Positions 36,001 through 49,097 of a stretch of 64,000 nucleotides of DNA are shown here, one piece after another; position 1 is the first letter of the stretch; the number at the start of each line of letters is the position of its first letter. The stretch covers positions 3,410,001-3,474,000 of the forward strand of contig NC_089432.1 in NCBI RefSeq assembly GCF_026210795.1, written 5' to 3'. The notes under the pieces were generated by a model. The model was not told the DNA's origin and did not search any database. It saw only the letters and a program-made list of their open reading frames with translations. The position numbers and the translations under genes are program-made. The stretch is from Rhizophagus irregularis (taxonomy: Eukaryota).

Positions 36001-38265
36001 GAACTTTCTTCAACATACACTTGGATTTTACAATGTTTGGTAAAAGCAACTGACAATATAATTCCAAAATCATTTTGGACTGATTCTGAACCTGGATTAA
36101 TTAATGCTGTTGCTCAAGTTTTTCCAAATACACCACATTTTTATTGTATGTTTCATATATGGCAGAATATTATAAAGCATCTTAAATCCAAATTAGGCGA
36201 AAACTTTAGTAATTTTAGTAAAGCTTTCTATGCATGTAGAAATGCATTATGTATAGAGATTTTTGAACAACGTTGGGAATTTATGATAAAATCATTTCCA
36301 AACTGTGAACGTTATATGACTAGAACATTATATAATAATAGAATTAGTTGGGCTAAAGCATATATGCCATTCCAGTTTAATAGTGGTATACAAAGTACCC
36401 AAAGTGTAGAATCGTTTAATAATATTATTAAAAGGTCTTTAAATAGTACAAGTACACTTTGTGAGGTAGAAGAAGCTATAAATAAGAGATATGAAGAAGA
36501 AATTAGATATTGTCAATTAACAGATCTTAAAGCAAAGTATACAACAGTTGGACTTCCACATCTTTCTTCTCAATTTTTTTCAGATGTTGATACAGTTATT
36601 GTTGAATTTTTAACATCTCTTATATTATCTTTACAACGTTTTCAAATTTCACAATCATTTACTTATGAAGGGCAATTAATATCTTGTTCATTTGATGTAT
36701 GTATTATTTCTTAAAAAATAAAACTATTGATATTAATTGACATTTATAAATAAAAAACATTATTTTTCATTACAGACCTTCTAATACTCCAGATGATAAT
36801 TTTGTAGAAGATATAGTAGATGAACCACAAGTAATGTTAAAATCTATATTAAATGATATGGATATATCAAATGTTGTTGAAACTTGGAAAATTTGTCAAG
36901 TAGGAGGTATTTCTCAAAAAGAAAATTTAGTAGTTCTTTTTAATGATGGATCACATATTTGTACTTGTTTGGAAACAATTACAAAAGGAATAATTTGCCA
37001 CCATTTTTGGAGAGTTATGCTTTATTCTAATACAGCAAAATTTCATATTAGTATTATTCCTATTAGATGGTACAAAGATGATATTTTAATGAAATTAAGT
37101 AGTAGTATACTTGAAAATTCACCTGTTCTTACAGCAGTAGAATCATCTGATACAGCAATGCTACATACAGTAGATTTTACTCTTCAAAGTTTGAAAAAGC
37201 ATTTTCAAGGATCTTATAATAACAAAATTATTCAACAAATTATTCCTAAAAGAAATAAATTTGGAGTAGCATTTTCAACTGCAAAGACTGCAATTAATAT
37301 TGCATTAGAAACTGGATGTGATAACGAATTAGTAAAATTGTTAAGAGATTTTATTTCAACTAAACAAAGAAGTCGAAATGCAGTTGATTTAGAAAATAAT
37401 ATGGAAGTAGAAAATATTGAACATGACGAAAATCAAAATAATATACTTCCTTTACAACAACAACTAATTGATATAACAGCAGATCCTTATGTTACTAAAA
37501 TTCGGGGAGCTCCTTGTAAAAAAAGAATGAAGAGTAGTATTGAAGTGATGGGAAGAAAAAAGGTAATGCATGAAACTTCAAATCATGTTAATGTACAAGA
37601 GACTGATAATAGTGGAGGAACATCAAAGTCGCAACGAAAATGTTTGTTATGCAAAAAACCGGGACATTATCAAAAGAAATGTCCAAGTATAAGAGAGTAA
37701 GACAGCAAGTGTGATGTTAATATAACGATAAGATGCAGTGCATGATATATATAGGTTCGTTAGATCATTTGATTATCTAATAGTTGATAAAGTAATATAT
37801 ATATGCGCATTATACTAATTAATAATTTAATTGCGTTACGTATTACTTAATTAGAGCGAACGCGAAATTGTACAATGTTGCGATACGTTTTTTAGGGGGA
37901 AGAGAAAAATCTATATAAAGAACTGCTGTCCACAGGTGGGTGGAAATTTTTTTTTTTATTCATTGCTTCTAATGAAACTTAATCATTTTTTACTCAATAA
38001 TCATAATAAAATATTCATTAGAAAGAGGAGAAAATTCTACACGTTTTTATTCATTTAAATTGTACTTTTTATTATATTTTTGATGATATAATGCCATGTT
38101 AAAAATTGGAATTTTTAAAATTTTTTTTTGTTTTGTTTTTTTTTGTTTTTTTATTTTTTTAAAAATAAAAATTTAAATTACGTAATATTTATTTCTGGTG
38201 AATTTTACCTGTGGTGAATTTTACCCCTGGTGAATTCACCCCTGGTGAGCGTTAAGATCATCCTC
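33046..38265 (+). mobile_element. Mutator-like element (MULE, FAR1 type)
   Basis: Inverted subterminal arrays of TTCACCAGGG / GGTGAATTTTACC motifs at 33046-33100 and 38196-38265 enclosing a transposase gene; left outer terminus and TSD not recognisable. Confidence 0.75.
34849..37700 (+). CDS. FAR1/MULE transposase with SWIM and CCHC zinc fingers (two exons; splice phase questionable)
   Basis: FAR1 DNA-binding region (FRC..CEWH..HNH), DDE core (NDNT, WTDSE, YCMFH, VESFN), SWIM CTC..GIICHH, knuckle CLLCKKPGHYQKKC; intron about 36697-36775. Confidence 0.9.
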
Positions 38266-41200
38266 TTTTTTAACTTTCGCTCAATTTTATAAAAAAATGG
38301 ACTTTTCAAAAATATTAATGGATAATCAAAATCTACTTGAAGCTTAAAATTTTTGGTGGTGAACATAGTACGATTGTACGAATGAATCTTTGGAATGAAT
38401 CTTTGTATTATTAGTAGATTCTAGTATTTTATTCCCAATTAATAATTTTTGAGATTTTTGCAAAGCACTTCTTTCAAGAGTATTTAAATACCACAATTAC
38501 ATTTAAAATGTCTCGACGACAATCCCCTCTTGTACATCGCAACATTGTTATGATGGATGTAAAAATTGAAATGGTGAAAGGGAGTGATGATGAAATTACA
38601 GTTAAAGAAAAAGGAAATACAAAATTTTGTATTAGTTGTAAAAGAGTTATCACCATAATTGCTCAAATTTCTTATATCAATTATTTATAATGCAAAAAAA
38701 GAACAAATGAAATATCTTAGCTGTTAGTAAATCACTTCTAACGAATTATACAAAATAGTGAGAAATGTAAACTCAATTAATGAATTAATTAAAGAATTTG
38801 AAGATATTGTTGCTAGTGAATCAAATTTGACTATAAATGAATCTATTGTGGCCTTAAAACATTTTTCTATAGGAAATTATTTTAAGTTCAGTTGAAAATT
38901 TATGTTATACCACCGGGAACACTATATAATCTTTTATATTGTAACTTTTTAATATGATCGTATAATAATTAATTGCAGTACCGATCCAAATTTTTTTATG
39001 GAAAATTAAAAATTATCTACTTACACAGTATCTAAAATTACTATAAGTCTCCAACTAATTATACATTAGGTAATAAATTAAATAATTTTTATTTCTTAAT
39101 CAAATTATATTATTAATTTTAAGATAATAGTCAGTTGAATTTTTACGCAGTCATGACGTTCAAGGAATGACATTTTCAAAAGGTTTATCATATTATCATA
39201 ATGAAGAAGTAGATAAATTGATTTATTTTGATCTTACTCGTACTACTTCTTCAGATATCCAATCTTAATATTATCAGTGTTTGGGTTTTGGTAATATAAA
39301 CTAGTAATGTTAAGTATCATGTGGGCGAGTGGGTCTTATAAACTACCCCAAGAGCACCGTAACTAAAAGCTATAGTCACGTGATATTTTGATTGTATTAC
39401 AAAATGTCCCAATAAAACATCCCCCTATTAATAACTTGCCGATAAAATTTTGTATTACGAATATCAAATATATAGATAATCTTTTTTTCTGCCAATATAT
39501 TGACTCATTTTAACGTTAATACTCAACAATTTTTATCTTTTCTTTATTTTAATAATGGAAGAATATACACTTGTAGCCGTTGTTCCAAAAGCAAAGCAGC
39601 AAATTTTTTATTTAGTAAAAAGGAGAAGAGTTAAGGAAAGTATGTTCTCAATGTCGCGAACAAATATCTAGCTAATAACAATAAAAAGCAAAGTATCAAT
39701 AATAGAACTTGATGAGTTAAAGCAAATCATTACTGGAAAGATACGTGTTAATAATGATCATAACTGTTTTTATTAAATTCCACAAAAGAATAAAACATGT
39801 GTAGCATTTTCAAACTCAAATAGTAAAATTTTCAAAAGATTTTATTGATTTTATAATTATAATATTGCTAATTTTTCACTTTTTTTTATTTATAAGCTTT
39901 CGTGATGTTACAAACGATTTGGTTATCAATAATGGCAGCATACGAAATAATGAAGAAATAAAAGATGGTGAATTAATTTTTGCTGAACTGGATACTTATT
40001 TAGATGAAGCTAAAAAAAATAGTTATAGAACAACACCAAGCAAAAAATTAGCGCTGGGCCAATTAAGTAGTTAAAAATTTTTCGTTTAATAAAGCCCTAT
40101 TTAGTAAAATAGTATCTAATATAGTATATCAATAAAAATATGTGCAATCTTATATAATTACTTTTTTTTTGTAACTTACTAATTAATAAAATATAAAATA
40201 AATATATAAAACCATTTCTAATGTGTGAATTAAAATAATTAATTTAGAACTTTTTATTTATATTCTCAAGAGCTGATAACTATTAAATTAATTAAGCCCA
40301 ATATTTTTAAATCAAGTATAAAATACTGATAACTATTCTTTTGAATTCACAAATAATGGCTAAAGTTGCCCTTTTATAATGAATTTAGAATTATTCTAAA
40401 TGGAAACTAGTATAAAAATTATTTTTAAATTTCAAAGCTTTCTAAACTTCTAAACTTTTAAACTGATTTCTAAACTTCTATATTATGAAATATGCTAAAG
40501 TACTTACTAAAGAATTATTAATGGTAGTTATTGAATATAGACTATATTTAAAAATACTTTGAAGTATTTACTTAAAATACTAGTATAATACAATATCTGA
40601 TATTAATTTAATATATAATGAATTTTGTGATGATATGGCTACATGTAGTCATTGTAGTGCATGGATTACTTTCTTCTACAAGGGTATAATAGATTAATAG
40701 CACTATGGCAGGCATATATCACTATATTTCATTTATAGTCCATATAAGTGATTCAATACTAAAAGCACCCAATATCTGAAGGTAGGGTCCTATATTGCAT
40801 GCCAAATTGCCAATATTATTTCATATCTTAGATACAGTATATACTTTCTATTTGTGTTTAACAATTAACACATAACTAATTATATATATGTTCTTTTTTC
40901 TTGAGCATAAATCTGATGAGATTGAAACTTATTGGCCTTCATCAAATTTTGATGGCTTCATCAACATTTATATTATACTGTAGTAATATTATTTCATACA
41001 CTATATATTACAAATACAGATAAAAGAATGCAAATTACAAACTGTACAAAAAATTAATATTGCAAAAAGCCATCATAAACTTCAAAAGATTTCCCAAAAA
41101 TCTGTAAATCTCCTTTTTAAAGAGAAGTTATCTAGAAAGGTATAATATTATTTTCTTGCAAATCGTTTTTCATCAAACTTTAACTTGATTATCTTTATTT

Positions 41201-42310
41201 AATGAGTAGATAATAAAGTATTTTTTAATAATAATCATGAACTCACATTGAAGAGAATAATGATAAAATCATAAAATCAATTAACAGATAGTAGATAAAG
41301 CTGAAATTTGTTAGTGACTTTTGACTTTACTTGATTGATAATTATCAAATAGAAAGAAAAAGATACTGAGTAATTATAAATATACCTGGCATATTAAAAT
41401 TGAAAAATTTTAGTTTAGAACTTATGACTACCAAAATCAAATAATGACTTTATATGATTACTTTCTAATGGTGCAGTGCATGGGATAAGACAGCCAAAGT
41501 TATTGCTAGCATCTGTTATTGATAATGTAAATAGAATAAAACAATATATTATTGATTTATTAAAGTAACAAATATCCTCTTACTTTACTTCAAATCTTTT
41601 CATTAATTTCTTACAATATAGACAAGAAAATTTCATAAATGTCAATAGAAGTTATGTGAAAACACAAAATCATAATATTATTATTAAATTATTTAAACCT
41701 TTTTTAAGAAACTTTTAATGAATGTATCCCTTCAACTTCTTATATCTTAAATTCAAGATTTTTTCCTTTTATTTGAAAGAGATGATGATTTTACTAGCTA
41801 TAATTTATCTGAACCAGAATATCAGGAAATCTTTTTCCCTCTAATGCATAGTCTTTCATATAGAAAGTATAAGAAATAAGTATTTTGTTGTGAGTATATG
41901 AATTATATAATACAATCTTTCACAATACAATTTTTTCTTATTTTATATCCATTTTTTAATGAGTTGTAATGTATATTTATTTGGCAATAAAAAATGTTTT
42001 TTTGCTTCATCAAAGAGAAAATAATAGAAAAATTATAATGCTAGTTGAAATCTGCTGGTAGCTGACCTTAATTTTTCCATAAGTTAAGTTAGTGGGCCAT
42101 TTTATATATTTGTTATATTCATTTTATCTGTTATATCAAAATTTGTAGTTAGTTTTATATAAATACAATGCTTTAGACAAGAGAAATATTTAATACTTGA
42201 GTTTTAGTTTAAGAATTTAAGTAATTTGGAATTAATTAATCTTTTATTTTATGTCTAAAGCTATAGAAGTATATATATTATTTAGAAATAATAGATTAAA
42301 AGGCCAAGAT

Positions 42311-43162
42311 TAGGGATGGCAATGGTCGGTTATCGGTTGGTCATAACTGGTTATGGGTCTTTGACTGACCGACCATTTTGGCTGACCGTTTTTCTGACCG
42401 TTTAACCGACCGTTTAACTGACCGTTATCACAACGTCTGCCACCCGTCGCATACAAATTACTTCTTATTATTATCTTATTAATCATTATTTCACATCATT
42501 ACTCTCCTATTTATGCATTTTTAAGAAAATCATTTCTAATATTATCTTTAATCTATGACTCAACTTGAATAATTATAACTCATAGATTATCATCTTTCCA
42601 TCTGATTCCATCTATTTCCATCTAATCTTTGAGTCACGCTAAACTAATTATAACTAATCTAATAATAACTAAACTATAAATAAAGCTATTCTAAAAATAA
42701 ATAATTATAAATAAATATAATTATAAATAACTATTATATAACTTTAAACTATCATTTATTCTAAATCATTTCGGTTAAATATTTTCCTTTGGTTAAATAT
42801 TTATCCAATCATGTGATCATTATAATTTTCTATTATTCTTTATAACTTGTCCATTATCGTTGGTTACACCATTTAACCATTTTTTTTAGTGAATTTAATT
42901 AAGAAAAAATGTTAAAAAGTTTTTTTTGATTAAATCCGCTAACAAAAACATTATACAACTTTTTTTATTGATTAAGCTCATAAAAAAAGTGCTAAATGAA
43001 TAGGGTTGGTTAAATGGTCGGTTAACGATCAGTTAAATGGTCAGTCAAATGGTCAGTCAAACTGGTTGGTTAAACAGTCAGTCAGAGCCTTTGACTGACC
43101 GATATCGGTCATGGTTATTAACCGGTTATGACCGGTTATGACTGTAACCATTGCCATCCCTA
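42311..43162. mobile_element. hAT-type MITE
   Basis: TIR TAGGGATGGCAATGG; 8-bp TSD GCCAAGAT (42303-42310, 43163-43170); GACC-rich subterminal repeats. Confidence 0.95.
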
Positions 43163-43618
43163 GCCAAGATAATAATGATTCTATTAAATATTTATCATAA
43201 TCACTAACTTTTAAAATTTTGTTCAAAAAATGTGGTTTCCTTTTAATAAAAGGTGAGCTGTTTTGTTCGTCTTGATAATCCTATATTACTCACTAGTTAT
43301 TAGAATCAATTACTTAATTCCTTTTCTTTGAGACTATTTGGCTTACCAAGTTTCCACAAAACATTTTACATAGTGGTGCTGTTATATTTATATCTAATTG
43401 GATTATTTTATTTAGTTTCTTATTTTTCTTATTTTAATAAATCTTTCACTTACCTTTTGCATTTTATTTACTTTTGTAAATATTAAAGAACTGGTTTAAT
43501 AATAACATAAAAATATACATGAATTTTAGTTTATTAAATCATATGCTTTCATGTTTATTGTAAGTAATTTCAATTTTGAAATTATTCATATATTATGGCC
43601 ATTTTTATCACATACTGA

Positions 43619-43980
43619 TCTATATATTTAAAAACACTGCAATCACGTGGGCGTTATGTTTAGATTAACCATATAAATAAGTCATTTGAATTGTGTAACC
43701 CTACTCCTATTCGTCGCTAATGTTACACAAGACCAAAAAAGGAAATTTTATTTCTGGCGAAAAACTGAAATTTTGGGTTACACAGAATTCCATAAAAGGA
43801 AATTACCAGTTACGCGAATTTCCAAAAAAAGGAAATTTTGTTACTTTTCAGAGAAATTAAAAAAATTGTGTTGCTCGAATTTCCAAAAAAGGAAATTCTT
43901 TGCAGATCTTTTAATTCTGGCCGGAATTATGCCATTTTAATACATATTAACCGTTGTCGTAGACAACGGGTGAACACTAG
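43619..43980 (+). mobile_element. Non-autonomous Helitron
   Basis: 5' TCTATATAT, 3' hairpin CCGTTGTC-GTA-GACAACGG followed by CTAG; inserted between A and T with no TSD; empty site in duplicated segment near 49115. Confidence 0.9.
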
Positions 43981-44050
43981 TATAATTAAAAAAAAAAGTA
44001 ATTCATAATAGAATTTATTAAATAAAGTTAATAAATTATACAAAAATACA

Positions 44051-46198
44051 CTATTTATGTTTCTTTAATTCATTTAATCTGTCTTGAGCATATTGATATC
44101 CTTGCTCAGCAGATTTTTCATACCAATAAGTTGCTTGATTTATATTCTTTTTAATTACTTCTCCATTTTCATACATCGAAGCAAGATTATATTGAGCATA
44201 ACTTTCACCTAAATTTGCAGCCTTTTGATATAATTCAAATGCCTTTTGTTTATCAATACTAGTTCCAATTCCTTTTACATAACAATATCCTAAAGCACAT
44301 ATTCCAGATAATTCTCCTAAATTTGCAGCCTTTTGATATAATTCAAATGCCTTTTGTTTATCAATATTAGTTCCAATTCCATTACTATAACAATATCCTA
44401 AATTATATATTCCACGTGAATTTCCTAAATTTGCAGCTTCTTGATATAGTTCAAATGCTTTCTTGTTATTAACACTGGTTCCAATTCCATAATTGTAACA
44501 ATATCCTAAACTGGTTATCCCAAATACATTTCCTGAATTCGCTACATTTTGGTATAACTCAAATGCCTTTTGTTGATCAACATTAACTTTAATTCCAAAG
44601 TGATTAAATATTCCAAGTAAAAAAACAGAATTTAAATTATTTTGATTATTTAATAACCAAGCATAAATTTCTTGTGAAGTTATATTATAATTATTAAGAT
44701 AATTAATGACTTCATGTTTTTTCCTTACAATTTTTGTTTTATCAAGTAGGAGTATTATTTCATTAACTATTATGTCAAAGTTATTGATTGATGACATTGT
44801 AGGTTCTATTTCTTCTATACTCATTTTATTAAAATTTTTAATGATTTGAGACATTTCTCCGTATAATAAATTATCAATAATATTTTTGGGAACTTCACCA
44901 TTACTCTTCTGTTCACTTGATAATTGAACATTTTCTTTTGGAATAATTGCATTTAATTTTGCAATAACCTGGTTGACAGTTGGACGATTATCTGGTTCAT
45001 TATTCCAGCAATCTGATATAAATAAGCTTATAATTAATCAATATTGTCATTATTAATATAATTAATTTAATTGTACTTACCAGTGTATATTTTTATGTAA
45101 TCTACAGGTGTATTAGGAATAGGTTTTTCTCTAAGACCTTGTAAAATTTCCATAGCCAAACCAACATCATGTGGTTCATTATGAAAAGGTGGCCGTCCAC
45201 TAGAAATTTCCCACAAGAGTATGCCAATACTGTAGATGTCACTCTTTTTATTTAATGAATATACTATTTTGATATTATTACTATCCCTTTTGCTATTAAA
45301 TACTTGTGGATCAACATATGCAACCATTCCAAATAATTTTGATTGAACATTGGATGATTCTTCAATCCTTTTTGACAATCCAAAATCTGCTAATTTAATG
45401 GTATTCTTATGAACTAATATATTATTTGAGTGCTATTATTAAATGCAATGACTAAATTAGTATAATTATACAGTATAAACAGTATAATTTATTAAAGTGT
45501 AAATAACTGAAGTAAATTAACCTACCAAATCATGATGAACGATATCTTCATCATGTAAGCATGATATAGCATTAGCTAATTGAAATGCTAGTTCCAATTT
45601 ATTGTTCCAAGTGAGATTATCAAAATGTTCACTTAAATAATTTCGGAGAGTACCACTATTGGCATATTCCATAACCAGTAAATATTTTTTTGAATTATTG
45701 TCTTGGTTTGCTTTTGAGGAAAAAAAGAAAAATTATTCGGATTTATTTTTTTTTCAAAAAAAAAAGATAATAATGATTCAAATTACATATCATACCTGCT
45801 GTTGTAATGCCACAAAAACGAATAATGTTTTCATGAAAATCAATTTTGCGCTGAAGATTAATCTAATATTGAAATAAAATTTTAAGTTAGAAACGTAATA
45901 TATAATTAAAGATAGAAAAACAAAAAAAAATGATAAAATGTCAACATATACTAGTTATAATTACTTCATTAACAATTTCTTTAACTGTAGCATTATTGAA
46001 ATTAAAGAAAGATTTTAATGCTAAATGATTGCAAAAACTTTTCCAGTTAGCACGATATACTTTTCCAAAATTTCCAAAACCAATTTCTTGAATATTATTA
46101 AAATGCTTGTAATCGTAATATTTAATGTGCTTTTTTGCAATAGCTTCTTCAATCCAATCAATCCACTCATTTGAATTAAATTTAGTATTACTAGACAT
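44051..46198 (-). CDS. Tyrosine-kinase-like kinase with C-terminal Sel1-like repeats (copy 1)
   Basis: IGFGNFGKVYRA, HHDL|HS, LADFGLSK, SDIYSIGILLWEISSG; Sel1 repeats (LGYCY..GIGT..D.QKAFELYQKAA); five exons joined by GT-AG introns. Confidence 0.9.
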
Positions 46199-48298
46199 TG
46201 TTACAAAACTTTGATTCAGTTTATACTTAAAGTTTAATAATAAAAGGATAATTATAAAAAAATGATTTTAAGGTAAAAACGTTAAAGTTATATAAAGTTA
46301 TGAACTTCTTAATTTGAACGAGCTCATGGTCATCGTAACGTAGTGCAAGAATGTTGTGTCTCTGTGCTCCCACGAAGGTCACATCATACATAGATCACGT
46401 GATCTTAAATATCAAACTTTATGCAATGACTAAAAAATTTCTTTGATATAAATATTTTTCAAGTAAAAGGAAAAAAAATTACACAATACCATTAATTTAT
46501 ATATAAATATTTAGAGGAATGAATGCACAAACAAGCGTAACGTAAGTATTATGTACACGTCAAAATAAAAAACAATTAAAATATTTCTTAAATAAATTAG
46601 TTGTATAATTATTTATGTTTGAATTGTATTGTACAAGAGTTATAAATAAGAGAATTTTCATAAAAATTTATTATAATAAAAGATGTATTCCTTATAAAAG
46701 AAAACTTCAGAAAAAATCAAAGCAAATAGAATTAAAATATTGAGCAAAAATGGAGTTGTAAATAAAATTAAACGTGTTAAATTTTTAAGTATGTAATTTT
46801 TAATTTCATGCACTCTTATTAATTTAAAACCAAAAATTATAAAATTTGAATATGCAACTTGATTGCAATTTTGGCCACAATTTTTTGAGAAACTTGCAAT
46901 ACTTAATTTTGCATAGGCTAAATTTATATAATTTTCTTTTTTTTAAAGAAATAAATTAGTTATCTGAGAAAAGATTGTATATTTGTTTATAATATTGTGT
47001 AAAAAAGTGTTTCTTGAGGAAAATAGTTTGTTATTAATGAAAGAACTCTTTAAAAGACTTTAGTTAAGAAGGACCGTTAAAAAACGGTTGTGTAAAAAAT
47101 TTGTGCCAAAATTTACGGAAAGGGTTCTTTTCTCTAATAAAAATATTTAAGGTCGAGCGTACATCTGACTTACGTTACTGTGAACTGACGAGAATCGACT
47201 AAGGCAATATTAATAAGAAATTTTATTCTGGAAAATTAAGAAAAATTTCCTTTTTTTTTTGCCTCGAAATAATTTAATATAAAATTTTAGGAATGAATTT
47301 TTTTTTTCTGACTCGCTCTGCTTATCACTATTCAAACTGTGGATTCAACTTCAATATCACCCGTACGCCTCAAAAAATAAAAATTAGACTTCGCAAACCT
47401 ACAAAATTTTATCACTTTTATTTCCATTGAATTTCGCTTAATTACTTCCACGATGTTCACAACTGATGACACACGTGGAAGTTTCACATTATACAACAAG
47501 AAGCCAGATATTACTTATTATGATTAAGACCAAAAGATTTCAATTGGTATTATTCTCGTTTCTTAGTGATTACAAATAACGAGGATCTAATTATCATTAT
47601 TGTAATGTAGGCAAGTTGTTATTTATTTGTAAATTGTAATTTTACTAATATTTCTTTTCTATTGTATCTTAAATCTATTTTTTTTTTATAGAAATAAATG
47701 AAATTTGTCAAGATAGTGAGCATAATATTGGATGAAGTTGCTTTTTATGTGAAAGTTGAGTCAAATAGTTTAAATTACTAGCTCGTATATTGAAGTTAGT
47801 TTTACTTCTATTTTCTTTTACTATTATTCATGTTGTACTATATAGTACATAAAGATTTATTGATTTTATATTTACTAGGAATATTCTATAAAAATAAAGA
47901 TTTTTTTATTTTTATGCTCACTTGATGATTACTACTTAATATAAAACTATAATACAGTATATTTGCAACTGCCAACATCGTCTGGACATCATACCAGTTG
48001 ACATCTGAATATTATTTTTATGTTTATAGAGTATTTATTTGTTTTCGTTAAATTTTTTTTTTGTTTTTTAACGTTAAATTTTGTTCGTTATATTGGATCT
48101 GAATTACCGCTTTCATAAGGTTTTCATATATACTATTTAGCAGGCAACATGAAATCCAATTATACATTGTGAATATAAAATATTTCCATGCTGATTGTTA
48201 TAGATAACTAATAATATAAAATATCATTAATATCATTATGATTATTTTAGATAATTAACCATATCGTTAATAAACCTTACACTTATTGGATAGGAAGC

Positions 48299-48554
48299 TA
48301 TATCGCCCTATAAAAAATGTTTGTCTGATAAATATTCGGAATGGGGTCGATTTTCCGAACGCTCGCACGTTATTATACAATATTTGTTACCATTTAGTAC
48401 AAGATGCAGAGATTGAGAATTTTCGACCACATAAAAAACGTACAATATCATGATAATTGTCCAATATATGTCAAGTAAATGTTCGGAACGGGGTCAATTT
48501 TCTGAACAAAAAACCGAACAGTGTTTGGACAACTTTTTTTATAGGGTCGGTCTA
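48299..48554. mobile_element. Degenerate MITE-like inverted repeat
   Basis: CCCTATAAAAAATGTTTGTC at left vs GACAACTTTTTTTATAGGG at right; internal TTCGGAA.GGGGTC repeats. Confidence 0.4.
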
Positions 48555-49097
48555 ACAAATAATATGGCCCCAGATAATAGATGAAAATGTGCCACTGCGG
48601 CACATCCAGTGATTTGTTGCTAGCTACTTCCCTATCCATTAACTATTTAGTATATTTTTTATAATTAATGTAACTTGAAAAAAATTTTCCTAATATTTCT
48701 ATATCAGAGCAATTATTATCTTACATATTTAGGTTTTTATAAATTGACATTTTTTCATATATAGTTTAGTCTGTTTTATTTTCCACACCCACAATATTGT
48801 TTATATTTTATAATTAATAAATAAGGTAAAATTATAAGTTTAAAATTAATAAATATTACAATAAATCAATTAATTAAAGCAAAAGCATACAATATAAAAA
48901 TTTACAATTTTTATTAGTGAAATATTAAAATTTTTGGGAATAGATTTATGTATTTTGCAACTATCAAATACCAGAATTATGGTATTTCAAGATATGTGAG
49001 TTTCAGATTTATAGTTTAAAATCTTAGTATTATGAGTTTTGGAGTATTACGAATTTTTTTGGATTTTGGAGAGTTATGAGTCGGAGTTGTACCAAAT

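Noticed and set aside
38474..41500. Short ORFs and coding-like patches
   Set aside because: No consistent gene model or recognisable motifs; probably eroded remnants.
45659..45877. Plus-strand ORF duplicated at 50792-51010
   Set aside because: Antisense to kinase exons and introns; conserved only because of the duplication.
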